Shown: positions 1 through 11,057 of the stretch, piece after piece
Numbering within the stretch: position 1 is the first letter of the stretch
How the letters are laid out: every line of letters begins with the position of its first letter
Source: Antedon mediterranea
Taxonomy: Eukaryota > Animalia > Echinodermata
Assembly (NCBI RefSeq): GCF_964355755.1
Contig: NC_092673.1
Location: 31,927,648 to 31,991,647, forward strand
DNA: 64,000 nt
Direction of reading: 5' to 3'
Translations under genes and position numbers: made by a program
Notes under the pieces: generated by a model
Told to the model about the DNA's origin: nothing
Databases searched by the model: none
What the model saw: the letters and a program-made list of their open reading frames with translations, nothing else

Positions 1-525
1 AGGTCTCTGTTTTCGAGTTTTTCTCGAAAACAGAGACCCCTATATAACGTAATATTGACTTAATATTGAGACGTTTTAGTGGGGGTCTCTGTTTTCGAGT
101 TTTTCTCGAAAACTGAGAAAACGTAATATATTGACTTAATATTGAGACGTTTTAGTGGGGGTCTCAGTTTTCGAGAAAATCTCAAAAACAGAGACCCCTA
201 TATAATGTAATATTGAGACGCTTTAGTGGGGGTCTCTGTTTACGAGAAAATCTCGAAAACAGAGACCCCCTATATAACGTAATATTGACTTACTATTGAG
301 ACGTTTTAGTGGGGTTTAGCTCGCCAGAAACGTGCTGCAAAATTAAGTGACCTAGCCTTGTGCGATACAGACCACAAGAACCTCATTTGGCAATGTCACT
401 TCATTTGGCGTTACAGGGGTCTCTGTTTTCGAGTTTTTCTCGAAAACAGAGACCCCCTATATAATGTAATATTAAAATGTAATATTTAGTGGGGTCTCTG
501 TTTTCGAGAAAAACTCGAAAAGAGA
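1..525. repeat. Array of palindromic units (GGGGTCTCTGTTTTCGAG..CTCGAAAACAGAGACCCC plus AT-rich spacer), probably subterminal repeats of a fold-back/TIR element running off the window edge
   Basis: About 6 hairpin-forming copies near 2, 82, 158, 228, 417 and 491. The array ends where similarity to the second TRMT10C locus begins (~538). Confidence 0.7.
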
Positions 526-753
526 TTTGACGTAATTTGACGTTTTTTCATATCAAAAATGTATATAATTTTAGCACATACTTGATAAAATTTTATATCA
601 TAAAATTCTACGGGGGCGATAGCTTAGTGTACCTAGGCTTAGTTTTATTAAGAAATTGCCCTTTTCATGACTAAACTGTCTGTGAATAATGAAAGTTGGA
701 ATTGCCATTGATTGGTTACCATGGTTATTCAATAATTATTTTTGCAGATAGAA

Positions 754-1914
754 ATGTATCACCTTTTGAAATTGGTAAGAAGCTTACCATCAGTGTGTAA
801 AAACAGCGTTCCTGTATCAGTGAAGAATAAAACAAGTACGTTATGGATATCAGTGAGCCAATTTAAAAACAAATTTATCTATCAATCAAGATATTACTGT
901 TCTATTACAAATGAATCTAGTAAAGAAACGTCTTATGATAGAGGACTTGAAGAGGCAAGAGAGTTAATAGAAGAAATGAGGCTTTCAGGCAGACAAGTCC
1001 CACAACAAATCAGTGATGCAGATTTAGAACATTTTGCTTCTATCAAATCTAAAAGGCAAAGGAAAAAGGTTATGACTTTCATGTATCGTAGAGAGTGTTT
1101 GCGACTGAAGGAGAAGGAAAGGCGTCTTGAAAAACGGGAACAAAGAAAAATAGAATCCGAAGAAAGTAAGGAGTATGAAACACCATTAGCAAATACGTTG
1201 TTTCTCAAAATGAATCAACGTATTTTGGAGTCTGATAATTGGAAACTGTCTCAAGGAATGAAATTTGGTCAGAATGTTGTGTTTGATTTTTGCTATGACC
1301 AGTATATGCAACGAAGAGATGCTATCGCCCTAAGTATGCAAATGGGTTATGTAATACATGCAAATAAGAAAGCTAAGGAGTCTTTTCACATACACTTTGT
1401 TAACCACCTAGAGGGTTCACTATCGCATAAAGAATTGATGCGTACAACAACAAAGGACGCATACAATAAGATGATGGTGACAATGAGTTCACAATCTTTA
1501 CTGGAAAAATTTCCAAAAGAGGACATTATTTATCTGTCGCCAGATTCACCAAACATAATGCGCACATTTGATGACACTAAGACGTACGTTATTGGTGCTT
1601 TTGTTGATGCAACTCAAATACAAAAAGGATTGTCTTTAGGTATTGCAAAAAGATTAAATGTTTCTCATGTACGATTACCAATTGATTACTACTTAAAGTG
1701 GGGAAGTGGTGGGCATAAGACTCTGACTTTAGATCAAGTAATTAAGATACTATCAGCAATGAAAGAAACAAATGATTGGAAAGAAGCTATGAAACATGTC
1801 CCTATTAGAAAACACACAGGAATGAAAACATGTGGCCAAAATCAATCAACATCCAGCGGACAGGAACCCGCAGCCAAAGACAACTTTATTTTTAGTCGGG
1901 CACTGAGACCATAG
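754..1914 (+). CDS. TRMT10C: tRNA methyltransferase 10 homolog C / mitochondrial RNase P protein 1 (SPOUT m1R9 methyltransferase), single coding exon, intact
   Basis: Targeting-peptide-like N-terminus, basic coiled region and Trm10 motifs (VVFDFCYDQYM, IIYLSPDS, YVIGAFVD, RLPIDYYLKWG, KTLTLDQV, WKEAMKHVP.RK). The ORF-track TTG at 742 lies in a splice acceptor (tttgcag, 747); the first ATG is at 754. Confidence 0.9.
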   Translation: MYHLLKLVRSLPSVCKNSVPVSVKNKTSTLWISVSQFKNKFIYQSRYYCSITNESSKETSYDRGLEEARELIEEMRLSGRQVPQQISDADLEHFASIKSKRQRKKVMTFMYRRECLRLKEKERRLEKREQRKIESEESKEYETPLANTLFLKMNQRILESDNWKLSQGMKFGQNVVFDFCYDQYMQRRDAIALSMQMGYVIHANKKAKESFHIHFVNHLEGSLSHKELMRTTTKDAYNKMMVTMSSQSLLEKFPKEDIIYLSPDSPNIMRTFDDTKTYVIGAFVDATQIQKGLSLGIAKRLNVSHVRLPIDYYLKWGSGGHKTLTLDQVIKILSAMKETNDWKEAMKHVPIRKHTGMKTCGQNQSTSSGQEPAAKDNFIFSRALRP

Positions 1915-2399
1915 TTGCCATTTCTGGCATTATTATGCTTTTTGGCATTATTTAGCCGTTTTTAGCATAATCTGGCATAATTTTGTGTTTTTTGAACAAC
2001 CAAAAAAATAATATAATACAGAACAAAAATAAAATATTTGTTTAATCTTGCAATTTAATACATATCACCTTACACAATATCATATCGTACAAAACAGATC
2101 TGTTCGGGTTTTCCGTACAATAGTTCTTCCATCCTTTTGTTTCGGACTTAAATATATATACGTACCATTTATTTGTATCAACAACAAAATAATACAGTAT
2201 TTCTTTCACAAGAATATTTCTATAAACTTATTTGATACAAAACGGATATGCAATGAGCTGAAGCTCTTAAACGCATTACCCTATAATACAGATATCTAAT
2301 TAGCAAATAAAACAATAAAAGTACAAATAGAAATAAAAAGTAAAAGTAACAAAAGTGAACTCTACATGAGTGAGTATTTATTTATTAATAGTTGTTGTA

Positions 2400-3810
2400 T
2401 TTCCTTTTTAAATTTTCCGATTTTAGTTTCACACTTTATGTTTTCAGGTAAACGGTTCCAAATATATACTTCTTTGTCCTATATTTGTTCTTTTTAGAGG
2501 AATACGGAAATTACTCATAAATACAGCAGTGTACTTGTCATACAAGTCAAAAATATTCAATAGGTTTTTGTTATAGAATAAATTTGCTGATGGATGCTGA
2601 TAATGCACTTTACATATAATTCTGATCGCTCGTTTTTGAAGTATATGTATTCTCTGTAGCTTTGTTGCCCCCGCAACTCCCCAAATAGTTATTGCATATA
2701 TTAGGTGAGGTAAAATTAACGAGTTGTACATTATTAACAAAACATCTGATTGAACAATATATTTAAGTTTGTTCATTACACCAATGACCCTTGCAATTTT
2801 CATAGTAATGATATCTATGTGATCATGGAATGTTACAAACTCATCAAGAATGACACCTAAGAACTTAATTTTACTAACTCTTTCAATTTCAACATCATTA
2901 ATAAATAAAGTATAGTTATTGTTATCTTTTTTCTTATACATGCTTCTAAATTCGATAAACTTGGTCTTCTTTGTATTCAGACTCAATTTGTTTGCAGTAA
3001 ACCAATCACTTAATTTACTTAATTCTGTATTTAAAGTGTTAATTAAAAGGTTTATATCTTTGTGCTTAAAAAAATACGTTAGTATCGTCAGCGAAAATGA
3101 CAAATTCTAAATATTTACTACTTTCAACAATGTCATTTGTATAAATTATAAATAGTAACGGCCCAAGAATTGAGCCTTGTGGTACTCCATATTCAATCAG
3201 TTTTAATTCTGATTTACAATTTCCCATGTGAACATATTGTTTTATATGACGTATATAAGTAGCTCTTAAACCATTCAAGAACAATGCCCCGAATACCATA
3301 AAATTTGAGTTTTTGTAAAGAGAATGTCATGATCTAGGAAGGTCTAGGAAGACGCCGATACTTATCATTTGTTCATCTATTGCTGAAGTAATTTTTTCTA
3401 TTGTTTGTGAAAGTGCATGACTCGTAGAGTGGTTTTTGCGAAAACCAAACTGATTTATTAATGATGTTAAGTTTGTCAAGGTATTGAGTCGTTGATCATA
3501 CACAACCCTTTCATAAATTTTAGAAATACAAGGCAAGACTGAAACAGGTCTATAATTTTTTATGTCATTTTCATCGCCACCCTTAAATATAGGCACAGTT
3601 CTGGCAATCTTTAATTCATCTGGAAAGCAACCAGTTGTCAATGATATATTAACAATATGTTTAATCGGTATTGTTAGGCATTGCAAAAATGGTTTAATAT
3701 AAGGAGCACCAATTCCATCATTTACCAGGTGACTTACTTATATCTAGATTATCAATATATTTCTTAATGTCATGTTCATTTACTGGCCTAATAAACATAG
3801 AATTTGTTAA
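2400..3810 (-). mobile_element. Degenerate non-LTR retrotransposon RT fragment (CR1/L2 group), frameshifted
   Basis: ORFs 3327-3686, 3066-3299 and 2444-3103 give consecutive RT motifs: NYRPVSVLP, QFGFRK, GVPQGSILGPLLF, FADDT, KFLGVILD. Confidence 0.9.
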
Positions 3811-3990
3811 GATATTAAAATTAGTGACTTATTTCTATTTTATATCACTGCGCTCCACTAGTGCTAAATTTGGTCCACTGGAGCAGCTACCGAAGTACTA
3901 TTTCTATTTCGTAAGTAAATAAAGGCATAAATGGCGCTCCGTAGAAGTAGAGAATGCTCGATCGTCGAAATGACGCTCTGAATATACCTC
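3811..3990. mobile_element. Terminal fragment (TIR end plus one 87-bp unit) of the fold-back element at 49311-51389
   Basis: Near-identical to 51210-51389 and ends ...ctgaatatacctc. Confidence 0.75.
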
Positions 3991-5074
3991 GCATGTGACG
4001 TGAATTTAGTGACGTCATATAGTAGGCGCGTTGCCTTTATATTATTTTAAATATTATGCATACATAAATATTTATTTGTAAACAATATTTCGCAGTACTG
4101 TACTTGCTTAATTTCATGTTACAATACTTGATTTACTAAATAATATTCGTGTTTTTTTATTGGGAGTTTAAAGCACTATTTACTGTACAATATGGAATAT
4201 AACAAAGAGCAGAGTAAATAATGGCCTAAAATAAAAGTATAAAGTATAGCACAAATTATACATCTTTCCTTGCTTCACAATGAATTGCCTTTATTATCAT
4301 TATACTGAGAGTATTTGACAAAAGTACTACAACGTTTTTTAACCTAGATTGAACTAAGTCTTTTCCAGGGAATATTCTGTAGAGGTGTGGTAACACATTT
4401 TTTACAGGAGTACTGTATTTTCAACCTTAATAAAACCTCTGCTTTTCACACTCAACGTGGTGCCACGGTAAAACAATTTTATAAATACCATGGTGAATCC
4501 ATCCGTCTTCTTTTAAACGTTCTTTCTGCTTCTCTTTCTCTTTAGCAGCTTTCATTGTCTCTTCTGTCGTTTTTCCTTCTGTCGTTTTTTCTTCTGTCGT
4601 TTTTCCTTCTGTCTCTATTCCTTCCTTTTCTTCTATCGTTCCTCATTTTGTCTTTATTCCTTCCTTGTGATGTTTCTTGCCTTTCATTTTGATCTGGATG
4701 AACCTTCCCCAGAAGATGTTTCTGATGCTGAAGTTGTGGAAAGTCATCTAAAAAAAGAAAGAGAAATCCTCATTAATAATTTAAGTTTATTGTAAAAAAA
4801 AAATACAATCTTATTATATTGATCGATTGATGTTTGGTCTATTATTTCAGTTATCTGCTAAGTTAATAGCCTATAGATAAATATTATAAGTTTGTATACT
4901 ACAAACAAGATGAATTAACTATGTGTATTGTGACTTTTTTTGTACCAAAATCCTTTAAAAAATCTCTACTTGCAAGTTTCCAGGGCATTTTTTGCTGCTG
5001 CCATCTGTGCATCTTGAACACTAATAGTAACAATAAATGTTGATATTAGTTTGAGGTACACCATGTATATTAGT

Positions 5075-5290
5075 TCTGAAAAGACGTTTCGATCAATATG
5101 CTTTGATTGTCTTCAGGAGTGAGAATGCAAAAAGTCCAGGAAACTTGGAATATAAGTGGAAAAGAGTGGGATTGGTGTGAAAGCCAGAAACAATGGCAAG
5201 TTCACACAGTGGGAGGGATTGAAACTAGCTGTAGAAGAGCATTGTTTATGAGTTTATGAATTGTTTTTTGAGCAATGTTATAATTAATAC
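5075..5290 (-). mobile_element. Penelope-like element 3'/pLTR remnant in a Drosha intron (paralogous copy ~48075-48300)
   Basis: The minus strand reads ctcctgaagacaatcaaagcatattgatcgaaacgtc, a CTGAnGA...GAAACG motif typical of Penelope-like element ends. Confidence 0.45.
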
Positions 5291-8200
5291 CGGTACATAC
5301 AATTAGGAATCATGCTAAAAATTATTCTACTACATTTTGTTTACTCTTTAACCTGTTTATGCAATTATTTAGCAAGCTTTTTTGGGTAATCATCTAAACT
5401 GTCTTTAAAGTTAAATGCTTACTTTGATGCTGTTCCTGTACCAATTCGTTTGTTTCTAAAATAAACAGCAACAGCATATCGCCTAGTGTTTGTTGGACCT
5501 GTCTGTTGAATAACCCTGTCACATGAAAACAAAAATGTTATATTGATACAATGTAATATACAGTATAATAATGATAATAATACAGTAAAGTCTTTCTGAC
5601 TTATATGACCCTCCCCACCCCCCCCCCCCCACCCCACATGATTACTTCATTGTATTTTTTATCCTGTATGTATGTTATTTAATTATAAATAAAAAAATGA
5701 AATTAAATTAAATAATCCAAAAGGCAAATTTACTGAGGAAAAAAACAATGTTGACTAGATCTCTATGATAATATTATTGTATTATAATTTCTTCATTCAG
5801 GCTAATGAGAATATAGTTTAAATTTCCTCAAATTTCCTCATTTTCACTGTTTATAAACAAATGATTTAATGTCTAGTTTCTCTATAATGTTATAGTGTAT
5901 TTAATGTTATATTGTACACAACATGTAGACATACTTGTAGGTAGGTAATTCCGGTTCTTTGTTTTCTTGTCTTAATGTCAGACAACATTGTTGAAGTTGT
6001 GACTTTTAATCGTTCCAATCTTGACTTCTGATGAATTCCTAGATGATGATAAAAATAAAAAGGTATAATATACAATACTGTATAAAATCAAGTATGTTTA
6101 TTGTCAACTGCAGTATTATATTACGGAGTACACACATGTTGTTATTAGGCCATATTCAAATTAAAATATTAATACCAAAATAAATTAATCATGGCGATGT
6201 ATTACATATCTGCGGTTAGTCTATTGTTTACCTTTTTTCTTAACTTAATATAGCAACTTACACTTAGTCTTGGGAAGAAACAGACATCACAAAAAACTTG
6301 GACAAATTCCAGTCCATGGACAACATACAAAGCACCAAGAAAAGCTGTTTAAATAAAATGATGAGGTATTAAAAAAGTACGAAAGAAATTCTGATCCATT
6401 TTATGAATTCTTTTATTGTAATGTTGTAAATATAATTCATAATTCAACAACTGGATGCTATGTTTTATACTTTTTTTTACCTTATTGCCCACAAAAACAA
6501 CATAAACAATCATCATGGACAAACGGTGATAAGATACCATGGTTTATCCATGTACCGTGTTTCATACATACCTTCTAATAAATCTGCTATTGTCTTTGTA
6601 GGCTGTGGTCCAGGTTTTTTACTACGAGTATCAACATCAATTATGTTATTATCTAGGCCTAGCTCTCATGCTTGTGTTCGGTTTCATGGATTAATAATCA
6701 AAATATATTTACTAAAGGCATATTTTAAAATGCTATTGATTCCAGCAACAACTTCTATTATTATAATTTTGTTGTTGTAATAAAATAATTTGAATGGTAG
6801 ATACACATCATACTTCAGCTTTTACATAATGTCTATCTTTGTAATGCTGTTATATTTTTTATTTATTAAATGTCAACTTACCGATAAGTGTCCTTCATGA
6901 TGGTCTGGGAAATACCTGTACAGGTAACATGACGTGATAATTTGTAAGACTGAATCGCCAAGAAACTCCATGCGTTGATTATGGCCTCTGTAATATGAAT
7001 GTATTAAAATATTTAGTAATAACTACTACTGATAATTAAAACAATTGATGATGAACTAAAACAATAAAACTGTTTTTATGAAGAGTGTGGTTCATTATCT
7101 TTATAGATGGACTGTTATTGTAGGTGGTCATCTGTGGAACTATACCATTCTGAAATGGGGTGTTCTAAATTCATTTTTGTTTGTCAAGATACTAAACTAC
7201 AGTATAATATACTGTATATAAAGAACTACCGGACATACTTATTAAGGTTGTTGTATCCCACAGTTCTTTGCGTAAATGCTCGAGCCAAAAGACGAATATT
7301 CTTGAAATAAATACCAGTTGAATCTTCTAACTGGTTTAATTTCTGAAACAAATGGAAATTTGGATCATTCATTCAAATATTTAAAAGGTATCATAATTAT
7401 TCTAACAACAGACTCCACCGGTTGATTTGACTGTCGGCTTGTTGTAAACATTATTATTGGCAAGTCTAATATTGTTTATATTTACCTGAAGGACTGGATA
7501 TGATTCTATCATGTGACGGTCACCATCAGGACATTCAATCTACAAATAAACCAAATCTAAGTTAAATTTAATATAGTACTATGTAACACTAGAACCTGTA
7601 TTAAGTGGACACCTTCAGGATCCAACCAAGTGTTGGTCGTAGTGTTAAAACCTATATTTCACTTTTGTGTTAAAACATATTTTGATGGGAAAGTGTCCCC
7701 TTAATGGGGGTATTCCCCGAGTAAAGGTATCTCAAAAGAGGGGCTGTGCCATACACTTTTCCAATAACCTTAAAATCATACTGTATGCACGGCTAGATCT
7801 CACCTGCAGAGGATGTCTAGGGCATCCATTCCAGATATCTCTTAGCACTTGTTTATTGAAGAGAACACTTGAGAACGTTTTATTGACATATTCAAGGCCC
7901 GATTCAAGATACATAGCACCCATCAACGTTAGCCATGGCGTGTCGAAGGTCAGATTTACGGCAAAGATCAGGTCCATGTGCGTAGAGTAGGTAGTGGTCT
8001 AACTTCAATTTCTGAAAAATAACAATGTATTAATTTAATTATAAATCAAGGTAGATTTATAAAACATCTCAAATGTATTGAGTATTTGTTAGAAAGCATT
8101 TTTTTTATTTATTTAAGTTTCAAAGTATAAAAAGTGACACAAAAAACAGTGTAATCCTATGAATTATCATAACTCTACACTGTACCTCTTTAAACAAATA

Positions 8201-8640
8201 TACATGAATACAACAAAGATGATTTTGTAGATTGGTGATGATTGACACTGTCAATGAAAAATAATTAATTTAAAAAAAAAAATCTTTAAGAAAAACAATT
8301 ATGTACAAACCTTGGCTAAAACAGCAAGATGTTGATTCTGCACAATACAGTAGCTTGACGAAACGTTGCCAATCCTCCTTCTTCAATATCAGGAAACAAC
8401 AAGTACAAATGCGTGCTGGTGATAAACTCTACAACGGCATCACCGAGAAATTCTAACCGTTCATAATGATGGATGTGAGAGGGCGTTTCATCATCCTGCA
8501 CCATCTTCGACATCGTGTTTATGAGTATGTTGATTCTTTTCTTGCGGTTGTACATTTCTTGTTTGCCTTTTTCATCGCCATAGTCGGGGTGCAGCATGCC
8601 GCAGTTGTAAAGCGAGTTTCTGACGTGATCTGGGTTCATG

Positions 8641-9889
8641 CAAAGAATATATATCACAAGAATGAGTTTTCCGCGATTTTCCCTGTAACAGTAATATTGT
8701 CCATGTGGTAGGGCGCCGCCATAAGTGTGGATGTATCTGGGATGTATACAACTTTTTGTGACGGTTTCAATAATCAAAGGCTAGACCACCGGTAGTATTT
8801 ACATGATAAAAAATGTTATCAACTACATGCCAACATCATGTTAAATACTATTTGAATATTTAATTCCTCGTTTTATGCAATTTATTTAGTAAAAACTGCC
8901 GTATAAACAGTTTGCTTTATCAACCGGGCGCTACGATAGCGTGACCGGGCGTGTTGGTGTTTACGCGTTTTCACGAAGGATTGTTTAATAATATTCCTAT
9001 ATTTAACTTGTTTCTGGTAAAACAAATAAATGTTAATAACATTTAACATTTTGTCCTATTAATAACATGTATTTTATACTAATTTATATCATAAAAACAA
9101 TACTTAATTTACCGGGCGTAGAGTAGTACACGGCAATGGTAAAGAATAGGCCGTGCTGAGTAACGATTCATTGATTTTTGGTGTTGCTGTGTTAGGCCTT
9201 TTTTGTGAACTAACTTAGCATGTTAGTAAATAATTGTCTGTAAAAGTGAATGTACACTAGTTTGTTAATAAATATGTATTATTTTTGGTGTTGCTGTGTT
9301 AGGCCTTTATTGTTCTAGGCGAGTAATGTTCATATCAATCAAACTAAATGATTGATATCTATCTCACTAAATGATTGATATCTATCTCATTATAGTGTTA
9401 GGTCTACATTGTTGTTGCCCAATTCATTTTATATTGTACAGTTCCTACCTAGTATTCTATATGTTTATTTCTTGTAATTTTGTATTTTTAGGTGTCAGTT
9501 CAATGGTACTGTAGTTACTGTAGTTGAATTGTTTTGACTCTGACATGTTGACCTACGTCGACTTTTTATTGTAATTGTTATTTTCTATATCATGTTTTTT
9601 TTTTTTTGTATATTTCTCTTGGATGCACCTTCCATTTGGTCGAGTGCCACTGTTGTAAAAGTGTAATCTCCAAATAAATTATTATTATTATTATAAAATA
9701 GTTTACAATTGCAAAAAATATTATCATAATTCTATTTAATGTGACATGTATAATATCTATTAAATCAAGTCTTATTTAGTATGTATACATCCGCCCTTAT
9801 GAGGGCGGGCATCACTCACTGGAGCTCTCTGTTACAAATTTCTCATGCAAAAATCGCGGAATACTCATTCTTGTGATATATATTCTTTG
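8641..9889. mobile_element. Non-autonomous P-element-like TIR transposon inserted in a Drosha exon
   Basis: ~40-bp TIRs (CAAAGAATATATATCACAAGAATGAGT), CA..TG termini and a 7-bp TSD gttcatg at 8634-8640 and 9890-9896. It splits GYGMN|PDHVRN. Confidence 0.85.
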
Positions 9890-10741
9890 GTTCATGCCGT
9901 AACCTTGCCCAAACGACGGATGAGTCATAGCATGCTTGGAAAAATCAAACAAATTTTATTCATATAAATACTGCTTTAAAATTCAAAACGAATTTACAAA
10001 AATCTTTACTTGCCTTTAATATTAGTTTAGAAAAACCTCTAAAAATATTTTGCCATACCTTCAGTAGAACTTTATCTGTAAATACATAACCAATTGATTT
10101 CTCCAAATTATGAAAAAAGTATCGTATATGGTCCACCAAAACCGGAAGCATTAAGGCATGCTGGGAAAAAAGAAAATATTTATTAACAATGTAATAAATT
10201 AAAAATGAATTTTAACATAACTCCACGGTGAGACCTTAATCTGCATATAATACCTGACATATATCAGATTTTAGGCCAGTCACATAGGCGCCCTCACAGT
10301 TAAGTTCTGCCGTAACCTCACGAGACATGTTCTTTGAAAGACGTATGGCCTGTAGTTGTTCCGATCGCTCTGTGAGCTTTCGTCGGTCAGCTGCTGTTAC
10401 TTGAGATTTTTTGAAATAAGATGCTGTAGCTTTAAGATGGACTTGAACAACTTTTGATACATAAATGTAAAAAACTATGTTGTTAGGAGAGACAAAAACA
10501 AACGTCTGCTACTTAACACGACCATTAAAAAGTAAGTCCCATATTCATTTTAAATGTAAAGGAGTTAGCTGTTAGGAGCTCATCATTGTACTAAACCTTT
10601 GTATCATGTGGTAAGGTGGGCAGTTCCTTTCCTCAATGTTCCCCTCTAGTATTTCTAACAAGACACTCATTGACAACTGTGTGGAACAGGAGTTGTTATC
10701 AGGAATTGAACCCAGGTCTTTTTTTTATGATAGTAAATGTC

Positions 10742-11057
10742 CTAACTCCTAACATAACTATTAATATAAATTAGATTCTTATTGACACCGCCGTACCATG
10801 CCGAGGCAGAATAGTCAAATGTACATTGTATTAAAGCAGTGCTTAATAGTTTACGACATTTTTTATTCAAGCACGAACTTTGCCTATGTAAAAACTTCAA
10901 CCTTGACTTAACTTTACTGATAACACTAGTTGCAATAATATCACATGATACATATTGGTCTAAATAAATACCCAAATATTTAACTTGCTTAGTACTTTTG
11001 ATTCTACGGCCCATTAATTCTACAGAAAACTCTTTAAATTTGTTAATCTTCGCTCTG
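10742..11057 (-). mobile_element. 3' piece of the LINE whose 5' part lies at 40280-43340
   Basis: RAKINKFKEFSVELMGRRIKSTKQVKYLGIYLDQ directly continues KTESIIFGT at ~40280. Confidence 0.85.

Larger units (their letters stand above)
4480..10460 (-). pseudogene. DROSHA: Partial Drosha (RNase III) pseudogene, from the YQKL.. exon through RIIIDa, RIIIDb, dsRBD and the C-tail. Approximate exons: 10253-10460, 10059-10160, 9890-9934+8332-8640, 7805-8011, 7486-7539, 7239-7342, 6881-6986, 6571-6682, 6263-6344, 5936-6038, 5423-5515, 4975-5021, 4480-4747
   Basis: Peptides [56 protein letters not shown] and dsRBD TNTRRYAVAVYF match Drosha in order. Lesions: frameshift ~10410, TE inside an exon, frameshift ~8370, 11-bp deletion ~7927, lost acceptor ~6685, TAA at DWND* ~6008, GT->GC donor ~4973. 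Confidence 0.92.

Noticed and set aside
8641-8777. N-terminal part of ORF 8316-8777 as a novel RNase III N-terminus
   Set aside because: It is read-through from the inserted TIR element; the true exon start is at ~9934.
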